From Candidatus Latescibacterota bacterium (GTDB taxonomy: Bacteria; Latescibacterota; UBA2968; UBA8231): a stretch of 64,000 nt of DNA. The stretch is taken from NCBI GenBank assembly GCA_963422735.1, contig OY730476.1:96001-160000 (forward strand), in the 5' to 3' direction. Below, in pieces: positions 57,029 through 64,000 of this stretch; positions within the stretch are counted from its first letter, which is position 1; every line of letters begins with the position of its first letter. Below the pieces are notes generated by a model. That model searched no databases, was not told the origin of the DNA, and saw nothing but the letters and a program-made list of their open reading frames with translations. Position numbers and translations under genes: made by a program.

Positions 57029-60000
57029 CTAGGCGTGCTGCGTCACGGAGAAACGCGAGCCTAAATCGGGGTGTTTGGCGACCTCGATTTGCACTGGAAA
57101 GGCCGCCTTGAGTTGGTCGAGGTGCGTGACGATCAACACTTTTTTGAAATCCTCGCTGATTTTTTGGATGGCTTCGATGAGTTGTTCCAGCCCCTGCTCG
57201 TCTTGGGTGCCGAAGCCCTCGTCGATAAAGAGGGTGTGGAGGGGGGTGCCCGAGCGCATGGCCAGCACCTTGGAGAGCGCGATGCGCAAGGCGAAATTGG
57301 TGCGGAATGCCTCGCCCCCGGAATAGAGGTGATAGGAGCGCTCACCGACCTCGTCGGCGATTTTGACGTCGAGGGTTTCGCGGGTGCCGCCTTTTTTGAG
57401 ATCGCGCAGCGATTCGAAGGCGACTTGGATGCGGTTGTCGGTCAGGCGCGCGAGGATGGCGTTGGCCTCTTCGGCGATCTGCGGTACGGCATTTTCAATG
57501 ATCAGCGCTTGGATTCCATCCTTGCCGAATGCCTTGTCGAGCTGTTGGTATATCCAGACCTGTCGCTGGGTCTCTTGCAGATCTTGGCGCAATGCGTCTC
57601 GTTCCTGCGCCCATTCGGCACAGCGTGCGCATCGGTCCTCTAGCTTGCCTCGGCGCTGGAGGTGTTGGTCCCGTTCGACCCGCAGCTTTTCTAAGAGGGC
57701 TTGGTTTTCGTCGAGCCGCCTATCGACATCTTCTAACTCGTCGGTCCGCTCTTGCAACCTTTCCTTTTCTTTTTTTATAGTCTGCAATCGTTCCGCTAGC
57801 GCAGAGGCTTCGGCCTCGTAGCGCGCCCGCGATTCACTGGCCGAAGCGCGGCGTTGGCGGGCGTTTTTTAGACGCTCGAATTGTCGCACACTGTCGCCTA
57901 GGTCGTCCAGTTGCTGTCGCAGCCGCTGGTGCTCGGCACCGCAGTAGTTTAGGGCTGCGAGCTGTTGCTCGATTGGGCCGAGTTGCTCCCGTTCGTCTTG
58001 GGCATAGCGAGCCTCGGCGAGCTGTTGGTCGGCTTGTTCGAGTTGGTGCTGGGCTTCGGCCCGCTCGCTGTTGAGCCGCTCGGCTTGGCTTTTGGCGTCC
58101 TGCAAGCGGGCGTGCTCGGCCTCGACCGGGCGCAACTCGGCGAGCTTTTGGCGCAGTGCCTCGTGCTCGGCGCTGCTATAGCCCAATAGCTCGATTTCCC
58201 CGGTTAGCTTGTGCAGGCGTTCGCGTTCGCTGGGAGCGTATGATTGGTCGCTGAGTTCGCGGTCGAGAGTGGCTAGTCGCTCGGCTAGCGACTGGGCCTC
58301 GGCGGCTGATTCTCGCAATTGCCCGAGACGAGCCTCCCCGGCGGCTAGGTCTTGGTGTATCTGCTGGAGGGGCGCGATTTCCTCGCCGAGGGCCTTGTAG
58401 CGCGTACGCATCTTTTGCAACTGGTCGTCGAGAGCGATGAGTTCGCGGCCGAGGGCGGCGATGCGCTCTTGGTGGCGGCCTTCCCGCTGCGAGAGTTCTG
58501 CCACGACCTGCTGGCGGTGTTCGGCGTCGAGTGCGCTGCCGCACAATGGACAGTTGGCTTCGTCGGAACCAGCCAAGACCTGAGCCTGTTGGTGCTCGTT
58601 GGCCAATTCTTCTTCTTCGGCGCGGCGCTTTTGCTGCCGCTCGGTGATCTGGGCCTTGAGATCGAGGCCCTCATCTTTGAGGCGGTCCCGTTCCTCGGCT
58701 TTGGCCTGCAATTGAGTCCGTTGCACTTGCAATTGGCGGATGTGGGCTGCTAAGGGCTCTTCCTCGGCGCTGGCTCGTTCCCGCTGTACCAATTGCTCGG
58801 CGAGTATTTGGCGCTGGTTTTTGCGGCGCTCCTCTGCGAGATCTAGTTCGTGTTCGAGGCGACGGCACTCGCGGAGGAGATCCTCGTAGCGAATCCGCGC
58901 CTGCTCGAGTGCTTGGACCTGCTCGCTGAGGGTTTTGAATTGCCCGTAGCGAATGGCGATGGTCTGTTCCCGATTGAGTAAGGCTTGGTGCTCGTCGAGC
59001 TGGTGCTGTCGCTCACTGAGGGTGGCCGCCCAGCGTCCTTGCTGCCGCTCCACTTCTTGGCGCGCTCGGGCGATTCGCTCTTCTAGCTGGCGGCGGCGAG
59101 CCTCTAACTCGCCGTGCTCCTGAGCTTTCCGTTCGAGCAGGACAATTTGAGTGCGGAGCTGGTCGTGGGTCGCAAAGTCCCGCTCGATGGATTTGGCGGC
59201 CGCTAGGATTTCGCTGTCTTGGCGCTGCTGCTCCCGCAGGTTTTCGATTTCGGCGGCGACCTGCTGCTCCCGCTCGGCAACGCCCTGCTGCTCCCTCTTC
59301 AGTTCGGCGACGCGCTGGCGGATCTGCACCAACTCTAGGTGCTGAGCCTTCAACTCGGCTTGCTCTTTTTCACGGCTGCTGATTTTGCTATCGAGTAGAG
59401 CGAGGAGATCATCGACGGTGCGCAGATCGACTTCGTAGCCTTCGCATCTGGCCAATTCGGCATCGAGCTCGCTGAGGTGGGCTTGCTGAGCCTCGCTCTG
59501 GCGCTGGTGCTCTTGATAGCGGACCCGAGCCATGCCTTGGAGCTGGTCGTAACGCCCCAAGCCGAGGATTCGCCCGAGGACTTCCTTGCGCTGCCTGGCG
59601 TTTTTCTGGGTGAACTCGTCGGCGCGCCCTTGGACGATGAAGGCCGAATTGACGAAGGTGTCGTAGTCCATGGATAGGAGTTCGTCGATGCGTCGCTGAG
59701 TGGGATTAATGCCCTCGCCATCGCTGAGAGTGCGAAAGACGCCGTCGCTTTCTACTTGCAGGTCGAGGGCCGGGACGCCCCGCTTGGTGCGGCGCCAACT
59801 GCGGATGACGCGAAAATGCTTTTCGCGGAGGGCGAAGTCGAAGTCAACCCGCATCTCTTTGGCCCCGATCCGGCACAGCTCTTCGTCGCTGCGGCTTTTG
59901 CGGGCTTTGCCCCACAAGGCATAGGTAATCCCGTCGAGCAGGGCGGACTTGCCGTGGCCGTTGCCACCCGTGAGACAGGCGACGTGGAACTGGGTAAAGT

Positions 60001-60064
60001 CGAGCGGCGGCACTTCCTCGCCGTAGCTGAGAAAATTGCGCAGAGAAAGGGAGAGAGGGATCAT
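57029..60064 (-). CDS. sbcC: SbcC/Rad50 SMC-like ATPase
   Basis: GGNGHGKS, long coiled coil, CPLC hook, YSGGE, FIDEGFG, IVTH. Confidence 0.93.
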   Translation of the reverse strand: MIPLSLSLRNFLSYGEEVPPLDFTQFHVACLTGGNGHGKSALLDGITYALWGKARKSRSDEELCRIGAKEMRVDFDFALREKHFRVIRSWRRTKRGVPALDLQVESDGVFRTLSDGEGINPTQRRIDELLSMDYDTFVNSAFIVQGRADEFTQKNARQRKEVLGRILGLGRYDQLQGMARVRYQEHQRQSEAQQAHLSELDAELARCEGYEVDLRTVDDLLALLDSKISSREKEQAELKAQHLELVQIRQRVAELKREQQGVAEREQQVAAEIENLREQQRQDSEILAAAKSIERDFATHDQLRTQIVLLERKAQEHGELEARRRQLEERIARARQEVERQQGRWAATLSERQHQLDEHQALLNREQTIAIRYGQFKTLSEQVQALEQARIRYEDLLRECRRLEHELDLAEERRKNQRQILAEQLVQRERASAEEEPLAAHIRQLQVQRTQLQAKAEERDRLKDEGLDLKAQITERQQKRRAEEEELANEHQQAQVLAGSDEANCPLCGSALDAEHRQQVVAELSQREGRHQERIAALGRELIALDDQLQKMRTRYKALGEEIAPLQQIHQDLAAGEARLGQLRESAAEAQSLAERLATLDRELSDQSYAPSERERLHKLTGEIELLGYSSAEHEALRQKLAELRPVEAEHARLQDAKSQAERLNSERAEAQHQLEQADQQLAEARYAQDEREQLGPIEQQLAALNYCGAEHQRLRQQLDDLGDSVRQFERLKNARQRRASASESRARYEAEASALAERLQTIKKEKERLQERTDELEDVDRRLDENQALLEKLRVERDQHLQRRGKLEDRCARCAEWAQERDALRQDLQETQRQVWIYQQLDKAFGKDGIQALIIENAVPQIAEEANAILARLTDNRIQVAFESLRDLKKGGTRETLDVKIADEVGERSYHLYSGGEAFRTNFALRIALSKVLAMRSGTPLHTLFIDEGFGTQDEQGLEQLIEAIQKISEDFKKVLIVTHLDQLKAAFPVQIEVAKHPDLGSRFSVTQHA

Positions 60065-61329
60065 CCGTCGTCTTCGTCGCGTTGGCCGGATTCGAGATCG
60101 CGCTCTAGGCGGAGCGCGTAGTCTTTGAGCTCGGATCGGTGTACTTGTAGGTCTGGGCTGTTGTCGATGTAGCGGTCGAGGGCCTCGCCTAGCCCGGCTT
60201 CCTCGCTGATTTCGGCGCGGCGTTGGCGCACTTCCGGGGCGAAGCGCGGCTGGATGGAGGCGACATGGAAGGCCGGTTCGAGCACCTGTCGCACCTGTTG
60301 TAAGTCCACCGGTGTGGAGTAGCCTGCAGGTAGGTCGTAGAGGACGCGGACTACGGCGTCTGCCAGATCAGCCTCGGCGCAGGCCGAGACGATGCGCTCG
60401 GTGGCGTCTTGGCCATCGAGCACCTTTAGCTTGATGGTTGCAAAGTGCCGCGCCGGGACGGGGACGAACTCAAAAGTGGTCGCCCGGCCCCTCGGTGCGC
60501 TTGCGTCCTCTGCGATGCGTACGTGGCAAAAGCCCTTGTCTTCGCCTTCCTCGCCAAAGTCGATGCGCTCTAGGCTGCCCGAATAGATCACGGGCGGATG
60601 TTGGCCGGGGTTGAGGTCTTGGTATTTGTGAATGTGCCCCAAGGCGACGTAGTCGTAGGCGGGATTGGCAAGGGTGCTGGTGAGCAAAACGGGGTCTTGG
60701 CCGATAATGGCGGTGCGTTCGCCTCCAGAATAGACGGCGTCAGCGGCAGCGAGATGGGCAACGAGTACGCCCGGCAGCTTGGGGTCGAGCTGCCGGGCGT
60801 ACTCGTCGATCTGGGCCGCGTAGATCTTTTGGATCTTGACGCGGAGTTCCTCTAGCGACAGGTCGCGGTATTCGTCGCGAGTGAGTAGGGCGTGGCGCGT
60901 CGGCCAAGGTAGGCCGGCTACTTGCACCGGGCCGTTGGACGTTTCGATCCGCAGGAACTCCGGGCGGCGGATCACATGAGTACCCTCTAGCTGTAGGGTG
61001 CTGAAAATGTCAACCGAAGTGGCTTTGCCAAAAGCGCCCGGCGCGTCGTGGTTGCCCACCACCAGCACGATGGGGATGCGGGCCGCTTGTAGGCGCTGAA
61101 GTTGGCGGGCCAAGACGCGCTGGTGGGTCGGGGTCGGATCGCAATTCTTGTACATGTCGCCAGCGAAGAGGACCAAATCGACCGCATTTTCAATGGCTAG
61201 GTCGAAGACCGCCTCTAGGCTGGCGGCAAAATCTTGAACCCGCGAATGCAAGCCGGTGCTTGGATCGAGACTGCCGTGGTTTTCGACGCCTAGATGTAGA
61301 TCGGCAAAATGCAGGAGTGTCAATGCCAT
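60061..61329 (-). CDS. sbcD: SbcD/Mre11 nuclease
   Basis: FADLHLG, FAGD, GNHD, ALGHIH, YSGSLERIDFGE. Confidence 0.93.
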   Translation of the reverse strand: MALTLLHFADLHLGVENHGSLDPSTGLHSRVQDFAASLEAVFDLAIENAVDLVLFAGDMYKNCDPTPTHQRVLARQLQRLQAARIPIVLVVGNHDAPGAFGKATSVDIFSTLQLEGTHVIRRPEFLRIETSNGPVQVAGLPWPTRHALLTRDEYRDLSLEELRVKIQKIYAAQIDEYARQLDPKLPGVLVAHLAAADAVYSGGERTAIIGQDPVLLTSTLANPAYDYVALGHIHKYQDLNPGQHPPVIYSGSLERIDFGEEGEDKGFCHVRIAEDASAPRGRATTFEFVPVPARHFATIKLKVLDGQDATERIVSACAEADLADAVVRVLYDLPAGYSTPVDLQQVRQVLEPAFHVASIQPRFAPEVRQRRAEISEEAGLGEALDRYIDNSPDLQVHRSELKDYALRLERDLESGQRDEDDG

Positions 61330-61432
61330 GAGACGCGTGAGTGCGTTGGTATTTGGGAAGGGGTGGCTCGAGCTGTAAATTTGTAGATTATTTATTAAAA
61401 GGAGGGCAGTGAACTTGGGCAAGTCCCTTTGC

Positions 61433-61503
61433 TTGCACCCGGGCATTGTTTTAAGTACATTTTTACTTGCGTTGCGGAAGCGGTAGCGCGCTTCCGCATT
61501 TTT
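61433..61503 (+). promoter_or_regulatory. greA promoter and leader terminator
   Basis: TTGCAC-17 nt-TACATT, then hairpin TGCGGAAGCG-6-CGCTTCCGCA with a T5 tract, before the greA start. Confidence 0.6.
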
Positions 61504-61547
61504 GTGTTAAGTCGCACATGTTGTTCTCTCCTGCTTGAGGCTTGGTA

Positions 61548-62018
61548 ATGAGTGAAGTATATCTTTCGCGAGAAGGTTACGAAAAACTTCAGGTCGAGTT
61601 GAAAGGACTCAAGGAGACCGAACGCCCGGCAGTGCGCCAAGCACTGCAGCGGGCGCGGGAATTTGGCGACCTGTCCGAGAACGCCGAGTATTCGGCAGCT
61701 AAAGAAAGGTTGCTCTTCCTAGAGCAGCGCATCGGCAAGCTCGAAGAGACACTCAGCCGGGCCCGCCTGCTAGAAAACGAGACTATCCCAGAAGACAAGG
61801 TCTATATCGGTGCCACCGTAGAGCTAGAGGACCTCGCGAAGGCGCGACAGCTCACTTACACGCTCGTCGCTCCCGAGGAAGCGGATTTTGAGGCGGGGAA
61901 AATTTCCACGGTTTCGCCGATAGGCAAGGGGTTGCTCGGGCACCAAGAAGGAGAAGAAATCGAGATTGAAGTGCCCGTTGGCAAGCTGCACTACAGGATT
62001 GTCAAGATCACGCGCTGA
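61548..62018 (+). CDS. greA: transcription elongation factor GreA
   Basis: GDLSENAEY, ISTVSPIGKGLLG. Confidence 0.96.
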   Translation: MSEVYLSREGYEKLQVELKGLKETERPAVRQALQRAREFGDLSENAEYSAAKERLLFLEQRIGKLEETLSRARLLENETIPEDKVYIGATVELEDLAKARQLTYTLVAPEEADFEAGKISTVSPIGKGLLGHQEGEEIEIEVPVGKLHYRIVKITR

Positions 62019-62040
62019 TCGCAAGTGTCCAGTTTACCTG

Positions 62041-62081
62041 GCGACTCCCGGGAAGGTCCGCTCCGGGAGTTTCGCGTTTTG
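62041..62081 (+). terminator. possible terminator after greA
   Basis: GCGACTCCCGG...CCGGGAGTTTCGC followed by T-rich sequence. Confidence 0.5.
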
Positions 62082-62099
62082 GTACCGTGCCCGGTCTTC

Positions 62100-62128
62100 T
62101 TGACATATTAAAAAAGCTGTTATATATT
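62100..62128 (+). promoter_or_regulatory. strong sigma70 promoter for the tRNA/rpmG/secE cluster
   Basis: TTGACA-17 nt-TATATT. Confidence 0.75.
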
Positions 62129-62167
62129 CAAAGTTTTGCAAATTGAACGGGCATTAATCCGGCTCGA

Positions 62168-62244
62168 GCGGGAATAGCTCAGTTGGCTAGAGCGCGAGCC
62201 TTCCAAGCTCGGGGTCGCGGGTTCGAGTCCCGTTTCCCGCTCCA
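62168..62244 (+). tRNA. tRNA-Gly(TCC)
   Basis: GCGGGAA acceptor, TAGCTCAGTTGG D-arm, TTCCAAG anticodon loop, GTTCGAGTC, encoded CCA. Confidence 0.96.
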
Positions 62245-62263
62245 GATCGCTAAAACAATTGCA

Positions 62264-62339
<76 letters not shown>

Positions 62340-62379
62340 CTTTCCTAAGTGCTTCCATCTAAACACGGCAAGTTTTCTA

Positions 62380-62532
62380 ATGCCAAGAGATCAAATAACG
62401 CTGGAGTGCGAAGTATGCAGCCAGCAAAATTACACTACGACCAAAAATAGACGAAGCCAGCCAAGCCGCGTGGAGTACAAAAAATATTGCCGCTTTTGCC
62501 ACAAGCACACGGCCCACAAGGAAGCCCGCTAG
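62380..62532 (+). CDS. rpmG: 50S ribosomal protein L33 (Zn-binding C+ type; absent from the ORF track)
   Basis: [23 protein letters not shown]...[17 protein letters not shown]. Confidence 0.95.
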   Translation: MPRDQITLECEVCSQQNYTTTKNRRSQPSRVEYKKYCRFCHKHTAHKEAR

Positions 62533-62536
62533 GCAT

Positions 62537-62612
62537 AGGGCAGTAGCTCAATTGGTAGAGCTCCGGTCTCCAAAACCGGCGGTTGCAGGTTCAAGTCCTG
62601 TCTGCCCTGCCA
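62537..62612 (+). tRNA. tRNA-Trp(CCA)
   Basis: AGGGCAG acceptor, CTCCAAA loop, GTTCAAGTC, CCA; canonical position before secE. Confidence 0.96.
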
Positions 62613-62634
62613 GGCTTCTGCATTAGGGAACGGG

Positions 62635-62823
62635 ATGTGGAATAAACTTACTAATTTCGTCAAAGATGTGCGGACCGAATTCTCCAAAGTGAATTGGCCT
62701 ACTCGCGAGGATTTGGTCAGTTCCACTGGAGTGGTATTAGTCTTTTCGGCAGTTTTTGCGGTTTTTATCGGCATGTTCGACCTGATTATCTCCTTTGTTT
62801 GGGGAATACTTCTAGGACAGTAA
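62635..62823 (+). CDS. secE: preprotein translocase subunit SecE
   Basis: EFSKVNWP plus one TM helix; synteny with nusG. Confidence 0.93.
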   Translation: MWNKLTNFVKDVRTEFSKVNWPTREDLVSSTGVVLVFSAVFAVFIGMFDLIISFVWGILLGQ

Positions 62824-62925
62824 TTCCCGCTAGGGCCTATCTAAGGGAAGCGGCGCATAGCATGATACACCGCTTCTTTTCCTTGTTTACGCTCGGCAAA
62901 CGGGAGCTAACACCGGATTGAGGCC

Positions 62926-63471
62926 ATGGCACAGTGCTGGTACGCTCTGCATACGTATTCGGGGCACGAAAATAAAGTAAAGACCTATTTGGAGTCGCTC
63001 ATTGAGTCGGAGGCTGCCAACGGTGCAATTGCTCAGGTCGTCGTGCCGACTGAGGAAGTGGTCGAACTTCGTGCCGGCAAGAAAACCAAGACTAGGAAGC
63101 GGTTTTTGCCTAGTTATGTGCTGGTGGAAATGGAAATGTCCAAAGACGCTTGGTACCAGGTGACTAACATTCCCGGGGTGACCAACTTCGTCGGCCCAGC
63201 GCGCAAGCCGCAACCGCTGCGGCAGGAGGAAATTGACCGCATCTTGGGGCATGTCGACCGCCGCAAAGACCAAGATATCGAAGAGATTCCCTTTACCGTC
63301 GACGATCAAGTCAAGGTCAACGACGGCGCGTTCAAGGATTTTATCGGCACCGTGCAGGAGGTGCTGCCGGAGAAGCGCAGGTTGAAAATCATGGTAAGCA
63401 TCTTTGGACGCGGTACATCGGTGGAATTGGACGTGTTGCAGGTCGAGCCGGTCCAAGATGCGGTCGGCTGA
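62926..63471 (+). CDS. nusG: transcription termination/antitermination factor NusG
   Basis: WYALHTYSGHENKV, PSYVLVEM, PGVTNFVG, KOW domain, SIFGR. Confidence 0.96.
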   Translation: MAQCWYALHTYSGHENKVKTYLESLIESEAANGAIAQVVVPTEEVVELRAGKKTKTRKRFLPSYVLVEMEMSKDAWYQVTNIPGVTNFVGPARKPQPLRQEEIDRILGHVDRRKDQDIEEIPFTVDDQVKVNDGAFKDFIGTVQEVLPEKRRLKIMVSIFGRGTSVELDVLQVEPVQDAVG

Positions 63472-63493
63472 TTCTCAGAGGGGTAGTAAATAA

Positions 63494-63916
63494 ATGGCTA
63501 AAAAGGAAATAGCCCAGATCAAGTTGCAGGTTCCGGCCGGTCAGGCGAATCCGACGCCGCCCGTTGGGCCGGCGCTGGGTCAACACGGCGTCAATATCAT
63601 GGAATTCTGCAAGACCTTCAATGCCCAGACCCAAGACCAGCAGGGATTGATCATTCCCGTAGTCATTGCGGTGTACGCCGATCGCACGTTTTCGTTTATC
63701 ACCAAGACACCGCCGGCTGCGGTGCTGCTTTTGCGGGCTGCTGGGCAACCCAAAGGGTCGGGCGTGCCGAACAGGGACCATGTCGGCGTTGTATCTTCGG
63801 ACCAAGTGCGCGACATCGCCGAATTGAAAATGCCCGATTTGAACGCAGCCTCAATGGAAGCCGCGATGTCGATGATCGCGGGGACGGCCCGCAGCATGGG
63901 GCTCTTGATCGAGTAG
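63494..63916 (+). CDS. rplK: 50S ribosomal protein L11
   Basis: [30 protein letters not shown]. Confidence 0.97.
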   Translation: MAKKEIAQIKLQVPAGQANPTPPVGPALGQHGVNIMEFCKTFNAQTQDQQGLIIPVVIAVYADRTFSFITKTPPAAVLLLRAAGQPKGSGVPNRDHVGVVSSDQVRDIAELKMPDLNAASMEAAMSMIAGTARSMGLLIE

Positions 63917-63953
63917 TTGCTTCGCATCGCAACCCCCATAAGAGGTTTAAGAT

Positions 63954-64000
63954 ATGGCCAGAGGAAAAAAATACAGGAATGCCTTGACATCTTTCGACCG
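63954..64000 (+). CDS. rplA: 50S ribosomal protein L1 (partial, runs off window)
   Basis: MARGKKYRNA directly after rplK. Confidence 0.8.
   Translation, partial: MARGKKYRNALTSFD

Overview
GC-rich bacterial chromosome segment. The gene content (three PhyH dioxygenases, many HEAT/TPR proteins, an FGE-sulfatase lipoprotein) is reminiscent of Latescibacterota/Poribacteria-like lineages, which is an inference. The backbone is housekeeping: nnr, carB-TPR/TonB-pyrK-pyrD, pcm, a solitary rplC, infC, zapA, larA, sbcDC-ygfZ-dinB-like, greA, and tRNA-Gly/Thr-rpmG-tRNA-Trp-secE-nusG-rplK-rplA. Three accessory patches interrupt it. (1) About 6.7-9.9 kb: a dead BglII/BstYI + MT-A70 restriction-modification pair, a diverged carB fragment, and a lower-GC cassette encoding a 15-Cys peptide with defensin-like (CS-alpha-beta) cysteine spacing followed by secreted TPR-like proteins. 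(2) About 29.2-31.8 kb: an insert bounded by a diverged 64-bp direct repeat of a PhyH 3' end. (3) About 44.5-53.8 kb: a defence island with a PLD-SNF2 helicase, a type IIG/Eco57I-like methyltransferase with an apparently swapped specificity domain, a DUF3644 HEPN-like protein and an IS4 remnant. Other oddities are a fingerless, probably non-catalytic DinB paralogue, a P-loop-degenerate AroK, a perfect 36-bp palindrome abutting a DUF4143 ATPase start codon, leader terminators before zapA and greA, and a heptamer-built inverted repeat. All calls come from reading the sequence and motifs by eye; no database searches were run.
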